64,000 nucleotides of DNA from a virus (lineage: Duplodnaviria > Heunggongvirae > Uroviricota > Caudoviricetes), in the IMG/VR virus record IMGVR_UViG_3300032074_000001. The stretch is one strand, 5' to 3'. Position numbers and translations under genes: made by a program. This document shows positions 55,239 to 63,983 of the stretch, in pieces; position 1 is the stretch's first letter; every line of letters begins with the position of its first letter. Below the pieces are notes generated by a model that saw only the letters and a program-made list of their open reading frames with translations, ran no database searches and was not told the origin of the DNA.

Positions 55239-56873
55239 TCAGCCCACAGCAACAATGTCGCCGTTCTCGCGGAAGTCCACCCGGTGGTCCTGGAGGGCCG
55301 TGGCTGCGGCCTCCTCCATGACCGTCGTGAGCACCTGACCCAGAACGTCCACCGCAGGTCGGTCGGATGCGTTCTTGTGGGTCTCGTGCTGGTTCCTGAG
55401 GGTGTTCGCGGCGAGCACGAAGTCCTCCGTCGTGAGCTTGAAGTTCAACGACTCCGTGCGAACGATGCCGTTCGACTTGGCGAGGTTGAACGTGCCCATG
55501 ATGAAGGCGGGCTCGTAGCCCTCCATCGCCGCCTGCACCCGGTCGAAGTCCACGTCGCTGGAGAGCATGTTCTCCGGGAGGTACAGATCCTCCCGAGTGA
55601 TCTCCTTGCTCATGGACTCGTAGACGCCTCGGTCATCGTCCACCGAGTCGTACGGCGTCTGGTTCTCGAAAGCGTTGCGCAGCAGACGCGAGATGGCCTC
55701 GGCGTCGAGGTCGCCAACCTCGACAATCGCGTCCGTACGACCCGAACGGGTCATGCCCTTGGACATGGACTCCTTGAAGTTGGAGGTCATGAGAACCATG
55801 ACCTCCTTGTTCTTGGAGGACACCCCGTCGAACTGCTCCAGCAGCTCGGCCATCTTCTTGGGGTCGGCCTGCATCATGATGTCGATGTCCTCGATGAACA
55901 CGACGGTGGGGGCCAGCATCTCGGCGGTGCGCAGGACCATCGACAGATCCTCGTCGCCGGTCTTCGCCTGGATGAACGTCCAGCCGTTGTTCACTGCTGT
56001 CCGGGCAGTCAGGCCACCGGCGAGAGACTTTCCGGTGCCGTAGGTTCCGGCCAGCAGCGTCTTGCGGTTGAGCGAGAGGCCCGCCGCACGCTGAAGGAGC
56101 GCGGTGCGGATCGGACCCCAGACGGAGGCGCGAAGCGCGTCGAAGACATCCTGGCTGTACGCCACCTTGTTGGGGTCGATGGCGTACGGGTCGATGAACT
56201 TCGGGTGCTCGTAGGAACCGTCGCGGTTGGTCTTGCCCACCCCGACGATTGCCTTGCCCTTGTAGATCGAGTGGTTCTTGATCTGGTCTTCCAGGAGCTT
56301 CCAGAAGCCCTCGATCTGCGCCTCGTACTTCTTGGGGCACTTGACGTAGGCGTGGAAGAGGAGCCCGTACACGGGGTCCGTCTTCTCGCCCAGGTACAGC
56401 TCACCTTCGAAGTCCGGGAAGTCGATCAGACCCCACGGAACCGAAGCGTGCTGGCCGAGACCCGTCTCCACGGTCAGGGTCATCGGCGGGGTGGTGCCGA
56501 ACATGGAACGCTGCTCCTTGCCCACGGAACCCATTCCGTAGATCCGGCGAAGCAGAGCGTCGAGGTTCACCGCGCCGTCCATCGGGCGGCAGCGGATCTC
56601 CGGGGGCAGTTCGAAGACCGCCTCCTTGGCCTGCGAGACCACGTAGTCGTTGAGGAAGACGGCGGCACGAGCCGGTGCCGTCCCCTGACGGATCGAGATC
56701 AGCGGCGCTTCGGAGTCAGCGACGTGGAACGCGATCCCGGTCTCGTTGGTGGTCAGCTTTCCCGAGGCAGCGGAGAGCAGGTCCATGATCTGCTCGCGCT
56801 GCTTCTGCTCGTCCGTCTTGGAGGTGTCCACTCGGAGCGTACGAGCCTTTTCAACCTGCTGGTCAACAGTCAT
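55239..56873 (-). CDS. AAA+ ATPase (classic AAA with SRH) with about 270-aa N-terminal domain of unknown function
   Basis: Walker A LLAGTYGTGKSLAGG, Walker B VVFIEDIDIMM, SRH/Arg-finger MTSNFKESMSKGMTRSGRTDAIVE; GAAGGA RBS. Confidence 0.75.
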   Translation of the reverse strand: MTVDQQVEKARTLRVDTSKTDEQKQREQIMDLLSAASGKLTTNETGIAFHVADSEAPLISIRQGTAPARAAVFLNDYVVSQAKEAVFELPPEIRCRPMDGAVNLDALLRRIYGMGSVGKEQRSMFGTTPPMTLTVETGLGQHASVPWGLIDFPDFEGELYLGEKTDPVYGLLFHAYVKCPKKYEAQIEGFWKLLEDQIKNHSIYKGKAIVGVGKTNRDGSYEHPKFIDPYAIDPNKVAYSQDVFDALRASVWGPIRTALLQRAAGLSLNRKTLLAGTYGTGKSLAGGLTARTAVNNGWTFIQAKTGDEDLSMVLRTAEMLAPTVVFIEDIDIMMQADPKKMAELLEQFDGVSSKNKEVMVLMTSNFKESMSKGMTRSGRTDAIVEVGDLDAEAISRLLRNAFENQTPYDSVDDDRGVYESMSKEITREDLYLPENMLSSDVDFDRVQAAMEGYEPAFIMGTFNLAKSNGIVRTESLNFKLTTEDFVLAANTLRNQHETHKNASDRPAVDVLGQVLTTVMEEAAATALQDHRVDFRENGDIVAVG

Positions 56874-56920
56874 TGCTGTGTTGAGTCCTTCTGTTGGAGG
56901 GTGTGTGCTGGAAGGGAAGT

Positions 56921-57148
56921 TCAGTTTCTGCCGTCGCGGGAGAGTGCGCGGCAGGTGTGGCAGGCGGATTCGTCGGTGCTGACGTGAAGGTGACCGTGGT
57001 GGAAGGTCACTTGCACGTCCTTCTCGGTGATCTCATCGGTGGCGACGGCCTTCACGAAGTCGTCGGCCTGCTTCGAAATCTGCATGAGCTGCCGGTCGGT
57101 GAGCGGCTCCTTGGTTTGCAGATCCATCACGAAGCGGTGTCTTGGCAT
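56921..57148 (-). CDS. His/Cys-rich small protein (75 aa)
   Basis: AGGAGAGA RBS then ATG; ...TFHHGHLHVSTDESACHTCRALS. Confidence 0.45.
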   Translation of the reverse strand: MPRHRFVMDLQTKEPLTDRQLMQISKQADDFVKAVATDEITEKDVQVTFHHGHLHVSTDESACHTCRALSRDGRN

Positions 57149-57235
57149 ATGGGTCTCTCCTGTTCTGGGTGGTTGGCGGTGTGACTCACCGTCGTGGTGG
57201 TGCGCGTGGCATTGGTCCTTCCGAGATGCAGACAT

Positions 57236-57271
57236 GGGAAGAGGGGCCACACCAGATGGTGTGGCCCCTCT
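57236..57271 (-). terminator. Hairpin (16-bp stem) between - strand genes
   Basis: GAAGAGGGGCCACACC-agat-GGTGTGGCCCCTCTTC; no clear U-tract. Confidence 0.5.
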
Positions 57272-57282
57272 TCAGACGCCGG

Positions 57283-58613
57283 TCAGACTCCGACCGGGGT
57301 CTTCAGGTTCTCGTGCGCTCGCATCCACTTGGGGTAGAAGCGCTTCAGTTCGAACTCCGTCTGGTGTTCGAAGCCTTGCTTCAGGCTCGACCGGTGGTAG
57401 CGACGAGCCTGGTACTCGGGCTGGACATGACGGTCCAGCAGCGCCCAAGCGGCCTTGGAGGCTTCGCGGAGCGACCGCTTGACCTCATCCCAGCCCTGGG
57501 TGCAGTCCGCCTGGAGCATCGGAATCCTCAGTGATCCCCTGGCCTCCTGGCGACCCTTCCAGTAGGACTTGCCCTGGAAGAGTTCGTTGTCCTTCAGGTC
57601 CTGCCTGGCCTCGACCAGAGGCATGTGAACCGGGTCCATCATCGAGAGGATGTCGGACGGCTGGTCCATGTTGTAGAGGTAGTCGAGCAGCGTCCCGAGC
57701 GTCGAGTCGCTGGCGTCGTCGGGAACACCCATCAGGTCAGGTGTCCGAGAGAACCACAGGTTCTCCCGCGCCTCCCAGGGCAGTGAAGTGTAGGTCCACT
57801 GCTCGGTGGGCTCCTCCTGCTCCTCAGCCATGGCGTGGATGGACTCGTCGTCGCTCGCCACGATGTCACCCGGCTCGACCTCGGTCGTGCGGGTCACCTT
57901 CGCGGTCTCGACGGCGTGAGCGGCAGCGTGCTTGCCGTGCGGCTGCTCCCACTCGCCCATCCGGTTCGCCATGTCGTTGGCGATCCACCCAGCCTGAGTG
58001 CGGGTGGTCGTCTTCTCCTTCTTCGGCACGGAGTGACCGCGAGATGCAGCCACCGCGTGACGGTGGACCTTCTCCTCGTACTTGTCGTGGGAGAAGGCCA
58101 GGAACATCATCACTACCGCCGAGACGACGAAGGCAGCGAACGAGATCTGGAACAGAGAGTCCAGAACGGTACGGAACATCCAGCTAATCGACCGGAGCGT
58201 CCACCCGGTCGTGCGTGCGAGGAACCTCCCGGTACCCCGAGCCGAGGTCCGAGCGGAACGTCCTAAAAAACGGGCCATCCTGCCCAGCCCACGTCCAACG
58301 GTGGCTCCACTCCAGTAGAGCCTGCGGCCAACGGCCTTGGCTCCGCGTCCAGCGGCGGATGCGCCTCGACGCATCCAGGTGACCGCAGTCGAACCTGCGG
58401 TCTTGACGGTCTCGACCGTCTTGCTAGCGCCCTTGCGGATCGCAGCAGCGGCACGCTTGGCCAACCTCTTGGCCTTGCTCCACTGCTTGCGCCACCAGGC
58501 AGCCCAGCGGGCACGCCGCTTGGGCTTCTTCACCTTCACCTTGGCAGCAGGTTCGACCGTGACCTCGTAGGTCTCGGTGACCCTGGCCGTCTCTGCGGGT
58601 GCAGTAGACATGG
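57283..58613 (-). CDS. Membrane protein with basic N-terminal region (443 aa)
   Basis: ATG (MSTAPAETARVTE...); Arg/Lys/Ala-rich segment, TM ISFAAFVVSAVVMMFLAF, soluble C-domain. Confidence 0.55.
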
Positions 58614-58684
58614 GTCCGTACCTTTCTGTTGGTTGCGTGTGCGGGTTCCAACCGATCCACCGGGTGGCTTGGGTCGGAAACGAC

Positions 58685-58726
58685 GAAAGCCCCTGCGGAC
58701 CACCTCGGTGATCTACAGGGGCTTTC
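58685..58726 (-). terminator. Intrinsic terminator (- strand)
   Basis: GAAAGCCCCTG-20 nt-CAGGGGCTTTC then TTTCGTCGTTTCC on - strand (same tail motif as the 55.0 kb terminator). Confidence 0.55.
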
Positions 58727-58731
58727 TCGTC

Positions 58732-58792
58732 TTGACGGGGGCACACTTCTCCCGTCAACTGAGATCAGTGTATCACAAACACTGTATACACC
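58732..58792 (-). repeat. Conserved intergenic element copy A (hairpin TTGACGGG..CCCGTCAA + TATCACAAAC box)
   Basis: Near-identical to 62703..62790: CTCCCGTCAACT-N8-GTgTATCACAAAC. Confidence 0.55.
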
Positions 58793-58800
58793 ACAAGACC

Positions 58801-59565
58801 TCAGCCAAACATCTCGATCTCGTCAGGCAGACGAGCCTCGTAGCCGCACGCCTTGCACTCGATGTCGGCGTGTACGGCGTAGTCCTTGGTGTAGGGCACC
58901 ATGACGTGGAACGGGGTCTCTTCGCCCCACTCCTTGCCCTGGCCCTCCTTCTTGATCCCCATCGTGTACTTCTCGTCCATCGACTTGTGGATGGTCACGA
59001 TCACTGCCGGGGACTCACACTCCGGACAGCGGATGGGGTTGGGCAGCTGGTGATTGGCCTCCGCGTGACCCACCATCGCCTCTGCGTAGCGGATCACCAG
59101 CCAAGTGGGCGGCACTCCGGTGATGTCGTGGCCATCGGTGAGCCACTGGTACATCTCATCGAAGTGATCTCGATCCACCAGGATCAGTCGCGCACGGGGA
59201 ATCCAGCCCACCTTCCCGTGCAGGTTGTGTCCGGTGTACCAGCGGGTGAGCACGAAGCTCTTCAGCAGCCGGTCTTCCCAGTCGGGGTACGTCTCAGCGT
59301 GTTGCTCGGGGTACAGCACCTCCGCGATGCAGAACTCCTCGTCCACGCCGTGGTCCATGTGCATCACAGCCACGCAGTCACCGGGAGCGATGTTCAGCTG
59401 CTCCTTGGACGGCATGATCTTGTCTTCGGTCGGGTCGTGCGCCAGACCGGTGTCCATCGCTTTGCGGGCCAGACCTCGGAGGAGGGCCTCCAACCCGTCA
59501 GGCATGTCGTCGCCACCGAAGGCGAAGCTGAAGATGCCGTCTTCTTCTGCCAATGTCTCTCCTAG
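58801..59565 (-). CDS. Hypothetical protein with C-terminal zinc ribbon (start uncertain)
   Basis: CPECESP...CKACGYE; possible TTG start after AGGAGAGA RBS. Confidence 0.45.
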   Translation of the reverse strand, partial: LGETLAEEDGIFSFAFGGDDMPDGLEALLRGLARKAMDTGLAHDPTEDKIMPSKEQLNIAPGDCVAVMHMDHGVDEEFCIAEVLYPEQHAETYPDWEDRLLKSFVLTRWYTGHNLHGKVGWIPRARLILVDRDHFDEMYQWLTDGHDITGVPPTWLVIRYAEAMVGHAEANHQLPNPIRCPECESPAVIVTIHKSMDEKYTMGIKKEGQGKEWGEETPFHVMVPYTKDYAVHADIECKACGYEARLPDEIEMFG

Positions 59566-59627
59566 TAAGGGGAGGAGGGCCAGGTAAGCGGGGGTGCCTA
59601 TGACCCTGACCCTCCTCCGTCTGGTGG

Positions 59628-60263
59628 TTATGCAGCGACCGGGAAGTTGCTCCGGTTGCGTGGTGCTGGCCGACGCCAGTGGACGTTGGCCGTGGCGAGG
59701 AAGTGCTCCTCGTCGGTCTTGATCGCCAGGATCTGACCCACCCACATGTCACCGTGAGGCAGTTCCTGGCCGTAGTTCTGACGAGGATGAGCGCAGAGGC
59801 GCATGACCTCTTCGTTCATCTCGTCCAGCTGCGAGACGTTGCCCTCGTAGCCGCGCTGTCGGATCTCGTAGCGACCACCAGCAGAGCCGGTGATCCGGAT
59901 GAACCCGTCTCCCTCGGAGTACTCGGCGTACTCCTCGGCGGTGAGCACCAGCTTCAGCAGCTCCAGGGAGCGAGCATGTGCTTCCTCTTCCCTGGCAGCC
60001 CTCTCACGGATGCGCTGGCGGTGTTCCTCGTCCAGACGCCGGTACTCCTGGCGTCGAGCCTCCAGCTCCTCTTCGGTTGGCCGAGGAGCGGGGGTAGGAG
60101 CGTAGGTGCTCGTGGTTGAGTTCCACCACGAGTTCCAGGTGTTGTCCACCCACTGACTGGAGTAGCTGCCAGTGATCGTGGTGGACGTGGTGGTCATGTA
60201 CCACTGCTGCCACTGGGTGTTCTGAACCGGGATGTAGTGCCCAGTGGAGTAGCTCGGTGGCAT
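59628..60263 (-). CDS. Hypothetical protein, S/T/W-rich N-terminus + coiled coil
   Basis: ATG in TGATG overlap (MPPSYSTGHYIPVQ...). Confidence 0.5.
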   Translation of the reverse strand: MPPSYSTGHYIPVQNTQWQQWYMTTTSTTITGSYSSQWVDNTWNSWWNSTTSTYAPTPAPRPTEEELEARRQEYRRLDEEHRQRIRERAAREEEAHARSLELLKLVLTAEEYAEYSEGDGFIRITGSAGGRYEIRQRGYEGNVSQLDEMNEEVMRLCAHPRQNYGQELPHGDMWVGQILAIKTDEEHFLATANVHWRRPAPRNRSNFPVAA

Positions 60264-60520
60264 CAGCCGCCGACGAGCTGGGGCACCATGATGATGGCCC
60301 CAGCCTCCGGGTCGAACTCCGAGATGACCTCGCCCTTCGCGCCGTCCTCGTCCACGGTGTAGGCGAGGTAGCCCTTCTTCTTCAGCGCGTCGAACTGAGC
60401 CCTGGCCCCCGCGATCTCGTCCGCGTTGCCGGGGGTCCACATGAACCGCGAGTCACCGGTCGAGTCCATGACGTGGAGAGTGCTCTGGTTCGTGTCCTGC
60501 TGGTCCTGCATGATGGTCAT
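60263..60520 (-). CDS. Hypothetical protein (85 aa)
   Basis: GAAAGGG RBS then ATG. Confidence 0.5.
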   Translation of the reverse strand: MTIMQDQQDTNQSTLHVMDSTGDSRFMWTPGNADEIAGARAQFDALKKKGYLAYTVDEDGAKGEVISEFDPEAGAIIMVPQLVGG

Positions 60521-60556
60521 AGCGACCCTTTCGGTTGGTGGTTGGTGTTGCTGGAC

Positions 60557-60620
60557 GGGCGGGCTTCGATGTGTCCCCCACTTCTCGGTCCCCCTCTGTA
60601 CCGAGATACGAAGCCCGCCC
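60557..60620 (-). promoter_or_regulatory. Nested stem-loop in 5' leader
   Basis: Outer GGGCGGGCTTCG/CGAAGCCCGCCC (12 bp) enclosing TCTCGGT/ACCGAGA (7 bp), just upstream of RBS of gene 60263..60520. Confidence 0.4.
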
Positions 60621-60632
60621 TGCTTCTGGTAG

Positions 60633-61117
60633 TTACCGAGAAGCCAGGGGGCCGAAGGTCCGACTGGTCGGCTTCGACTCAGGGAGGTAGTCGAACGCCT
60701 CAGTCCGAACCTCCAGGTACGTGCCGTAGTCGAAGAGCATCTCGGCTACGGCCTGGGAGTTGTGCTCCTTGGCGAGCACCTTGGTCTTGTACCGGATGGA
60801 GTTGTCCATGCCGGTGTAGAAGGTCTTCTTGGCATCTTCCGCGATCTTCGCGGAGGCTTCCGGGTGCTCGGACGACACGGCGAAGATCACCCCGCTGCCT
60901 TCAGCTCGTGGGTGAACTGAGCCTTGGCGCTGGTGAGGATCTCGATGGCCTGGGTGAAGCCCATCTCGATCCCCGTGTTGATGCCGTTGAAGGTGTGCAT
61001 CCGAGCCTGGTGCGTGTAGCCCCCGGCGTAGTAGCCGCTGTTGCTCTTGCACGACTCGGTGGGAAGTGCATGACACTCCGGGCACGGTGCTGCGAAAACG
61101 CTGTCGAGCTTGTCCAT
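60633..61117 (-). pseudogene. Frameshifted gene (two overlapping ORFs joined at a C4/G4 run): zinc-ribbon N-terminus + C-terminal domain
   Basis: ORF 60887..61117 (MDKLDSVFAAPCPECH...) and ORF 60633..61085 overlap; single-nt shift at CACCCC (about 60890) joins ...ELKAAG to VIFAVSSEHPE... Confidence 0.4.
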
Positions 61118-61136
61118 GTCTCCTCCTCAGAAGACG

Positions 61137-61248
61137 CAGAGGCCCCGTACCTCACAAACTCGGCTAGACGCTGGAGACAGCCGTCGAGCGGCGATCTACT
61201 CAGCGACCGGTTTACGTCTAGCCGAGCGTGAGAGGCACGGGGCCTCTG
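61137..61248 (-). promoter_or_regulatory. Large imperfect inverted repeat (two 12-bp helices, about 47-nt loop) between genes
   Basis: CAGAGGCCCCGT...CTCGGCTAGACG / CGTCTAGCCGAG...ACGGGGCCTCTG; contains CCTCACAAAC (partial copy of TATCACAAAC box); followed on - strand by GAGGAGGAGAC RBS + ATG. Confidence 0.45.
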
Positions 61249-61261
61249 TTCAGCTAGTGGA

Positions 61262-61786
61262 TCAGGAGACGAGCGCGGCCACGTTGTCCTTGTGGGCCTT
61301 GGACTGCTTGTGTCCGTTCAGACCCGAGGCGTTGTCGAAGATGCGGTCGCACGCCTCGCAGTGGTAGCCGTCCGCGTTCTCCTGGGCGGTGCCGTAGGTG
61401 AGACCCTCGCCCACCAGGTCACCGGGCTCGGTGCCTCGCTCCTGGGCCTCCAGCGCCGCCAGCTCCTCGGGGTGAGACCGGCGCTCGTGCATCTTGCGAC
61501 CCTGCGACTTGAAGTCGTTGCGGGAGCAGAACCTGCACTGGCTGCGCAGGTGCTCCGGGATCGCGCCCGCGCTGGCCTTGGAGGTGCGGGTCTCGACCTC
61601 ACGACCGAACTCGGTGGCCAGGTCGATGACCAGTGCGTACGGTGCCGTCTTCTGGCAGTCGTTGCACAGGTCGATGACCCTCATGCCGTGGATGGTCATC
61701 AGCGGGGGCAGGGTGTAGCCCTCGACCTCCTCCTGGGGGTCGAGTTGCAGGTGCCCGTCGCAGACCAGCTTCTGAATGATCGCCAT
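61262..61786 (-). CDS. C2H2-type zinc finger protein
   Basis: Two C-x2-C-x12-H-x4/5-H units: CRFCSRNDFKSQGRKMHERRSH and YHCEACDRIFDNASGLNGHKQSKAH; plus LCNDCQ. Confidence 0.6.
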   Translation of the reverse strand: MAIIQKLVCDGHLQLDPQEEVEGYTLPPLMTIHGMRVIDLCNDCQKTAPYALVIDLATEFGREVETRTSKASAGAIPEHLRSQCRFCSRNDFKSQGRKMHERRSHPEELAALEAQERGTEPGDLVGEGLTYGTAQENADGYHCEACDRIFDNASGLNGHKQSKAHKDNVAALVS

Positions 61787-61789
61787 GTG

Positions 61790-62159
61790 TTACTCAGTCT
61801 CCTCTGTGAAGTTGCGAGCGATGGCCTCCAGCCGAATCGCTCCCTTACCGTCCGCGTCGATGCGGCCGATGCCTTTTGCCAAGTAGCCCTTGGCTCCGGA
61901 GTAGTCAGCCTTTCGGTACAGCTGCACTCCGGTGGTCATGTCGATGAGCAGACGCCAGATCACGCCGCAGCGGTTGCGGCAGGTCAGGGTCTGCTCGTAG
62001 TACTTCTTGGTGCTCCCCTCCAACATCACGATGGAGACGTGGGAGGGCTTCGGTGCGTGCCCGTAGGTGCGACACGTCAGGTGAGCAGCCTTCAGGGTGG
62101 TCGCGAACTCTTCCGCGTCGTGCCGAGAGGCCGTCGTGTAGTTGTTCACTTCAGCATCC
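61790..62159 (-). CDS. Hypothetical protein (about 123 aa)
   Basis: GGAGGG RBS then GTG about 62159. Confidence 0.45.
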
Positions 62160-62363
62160 CTCCAGCTCGTACTGCGACTCGGTGATCCGGCCACTGATGA
62201 ACGGAGCGTCGTTCTTGATGCACGGCTCCGCGTTCTTCTTGTCCTGGTGCTGCATCACCATCAGCGCCAACACCATCGCCAGGCAGAAGCCCATCAGGAT
62301 GGGGATGGTGACCAGGACGACGAAGGTGCTCTTGGGAAGCACCTTGTACTCGGTCTCGTTCAT
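62151..62363 (-). CDS. Small membrane protein (70 aa)
   Basis: ATG in TGATG overlap; FVVLVTIPILMGFCLAMVLALMVM TM. Confidence 0.5.
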   Translation of the reverse strand: MNETEYKVLPKSTFVVLVTIPILMGFCLAMVLALMVMQHQDKKNAEPCIKNDAPFISGRITESQYELEGC

Positions 62364-62596
62364 GCGGTCTCGCCGCCCGTCACGGTGCTCCAGAGCCTCT
62401 GGTCCGCGTAGCGCTTGGCGCTGGCGTTGAGCCGCTCGGTCATCACCTCGTCGGGCACGGTGTTGTCCACGACATCGATCTCCCACAGCTCTTCGGGCAG
62501 CATCGCGTGCGCCAGCAGCGACAGTGCGTTTCCGAAGTCAGCGAACTGATCAGCAGTCAGGTCGTTGTCGGGGATGGTGATCGTGATTGTCTTCAC
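62360..62596 (-). CDS. Hypothetical protein (about 78 aa)
   Basis: AAGGAGAG RBS then GTG about 62596 (VKTITITIPDND...); longer track ORF would include the terminator hairpin. Confidence 0.5.
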   Translation of the reverse strand: MKTITITIPDNDLTADQFADFGNALSLLAHAMLPEELWEIDVVDNTVPDEVMTERLNASAKRYADQRLWSTVTGGETA

Positions 62597-62651
62597 TGTT
62601 CTCTCCTTGATCGCCTGGATAGTGCGTGCCGATCTCCCTCGGCGCGTCCCC

Positions 62652-62700
62652 CGGACATGCAAAAGGCCCCAAGTGTCGGGGGACAACACTTGGGGCCATG
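62652..62700 (-). terminator. Intrinsic terminator (- strand)
   Basis: GGCCCCAAGTGT-tgtcccccg-ACACTTGGGGCC then TTTTGCATG on - strand. Confidence 0.55.
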
Positions 62701-62702
62701 CG

Positions 62703-62790
62703 TTGACGGGAGAGGCGCTCTCGACAGACCTCTCCCGTCAACTAGGTTGAGTCTATCACAAACTACGCTCTACATGCAATACACGTAGGT
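62703..62790 (-). repeat. Conserved intergenic element copy B
   Basis: TTGACGGGAGAGG-13 nt-CCTCTCCCGTCAA then CTAGGTTGAGTCTATCACAAAC; overlaps stop of gene 62756..63064. Confidence 0.55.
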
Positions 62791-63064
62791 CTTCTTCGTA
62801 GTTCGCGATTCGGCGCTTGGCATTGCGGTCCATTGATTCGATCCACGCCACCAGGCCAGCGTGCAGCAGCGCGATGAGCAGGCTGTAGGTGTGTCGCCAC
62901 TCCCAGAACAGCCAGAGTTGGCCGAAGAACCAGATCGTTCCCCAGACGATGGTGGCTCGTCCCGCCCACTTGGCCAGATTGAGGGTCTTGATCCGATCTC
63001 GGATCTCCTCCTCAGTCACCGGGCTCACCGGGTGGAGTGCTGCGTCGGCCCGACTTCCATGCAT
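62756..63064 (-). CDS. Membrane protein (2 TM, 102 aa)
   Basis: ATIVWGTIWFFGQLWLFWEW and LLIALLHAGLVAWI helices. Confidence 0.55.
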   Translation of the reverse strand: MHGSRADAALHPVSPVTEEEIRDRIKTLNLAKWAGRATIVWGTIWFFGQLWLFWEWRHTYSLLIALLHAGLVAWIESMDRNAKRRIANYEEDLRVLHVERSL

Positions 63065-63293
63065 GCCCGAGCGCGAGCGTCAGGGGGCACTCGGGGTTCC
63101 CGCACCAACAGACGTAGCAGTAGGCGTCCGCATCGTCCTCCGGCCCCTGTCCGCGCTCGTTCACGCCCATCGGCAGGTGGGCGGGCATCATGCCGTCGTC
63201 GTAACCGAGCCTGTCCCAGAATCCCGGCTCGCCACCTGACGCCGCACCGAGCGGACGCCCACTGTGCGCTGACTCGTTCTTTTGCTCACTCAT
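63012..63293 (-). CDS. Hypothetical protein with CxxCxC..C motif (overlaps next gene start)
   Basis: ATG (MSEQKNES...); CYVCWCGNPEC. Confidence 0.35.
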   Translation of the reverse strand: MSEQKNESAHSGRPLGAASGGEPGFWDRLGYDDGMMPAHLPMGVNERGQGPEDDADAYCYVCWCGNPECPLTLALGHAWKSGRRSTPPGEPGD

Positions 63294-63630
63294 TGGCCTC
63301 AGCCTCACGCTTGCGCCTACGAGCCAGCGACTCCGAATCACGCTTGCGCTTGCACAACAGGCAGTAGCGCCAGGGCTTGCCCTCCTTGATCGGCCTGCCC
63401 CACTCCTCCATGTCGTGATCGCGCTGGCACTTCTCCTTCAGTCCCTTGGGAGTGGACTTGGGCGTGTACACCCCGGCCTTGGTGAGCCGGTCGTACACGG
63501 TCTGCCGACCCAGCCCGGTGGTCTCCACCAGCTCGGTGATGGTCACCTCGCCGGTCTTCCACCGCTCCACCATCGTCTCCCGCGCCTGCTGCATCGCGGC
63601 TTGGATGATCTGTTCCAAGCTGAGGCTCAC
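63286..63630 (-). CDS. HTH DNA-binding protein with C-terminal zinc ribbon/basic tail
   Basis: ITELVETTGLGRQTVYDRLTKAGV HTH; ...CQRDH..YCLLCKRKR. Confidence 0.55.
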   Translation of the reverse strand: MSLSLEQIIQAAMQQARETMVERWKTGEVTITELVETTGLGRQTVYDRLTKAGVYTPKSTPKGLKEKCQRDHDMEEWGRPIKEGKPWRYCLLCKRKRDSESLARRRKREAEANE

Positions 63631-63983
63631 TGGGTCCTCCTGATCTCTCCGCTCTCAAAGGCGGTGGCGATGGTGCGCAACATGGTGGCGAAGTTTCCAC
63701 CGCTCATGCCGTCCTTCAGGTTCACCGCGACCTTGCCCTCTTCGGACACGTCGATGCGAGCAGCGACATCCTCGGGCAGATCCAGGTACTTCGCCACCGC
63801 CTCGTAGACCTCCACCGCAACGTGACGGCGGTGGATCTGCGGGTTCTGGATGAACTGGTCCTTGTGGGTCCAGCCGCAGAGGCAGTGAATGTCCAGAGAC
63901 ACACCCATGGTGCGCACGTCCCTGACCTTGCGGGTGTGCGTGTCCAGAGTGGTGAGGATGACCTCCAACAGATCGTCTTCCAT
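63627..63983 (-). CDS. Hypothetical protein (118 aa)
   Basis: ATGA overlap; last - strand gene before window end. Confidence 0.5.
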   Translation of the reverse strand: MEDDLLEVILTTLDTHTRKVRDVRTMGVSLDIHCLCGWTHKDQFIQNPQIHRRHVAVEVYEAVAKYLDLPEDVAARIDVSEEGKVAVNLKDGMSGGNFATMLRTIATAFESGEIRRTQ

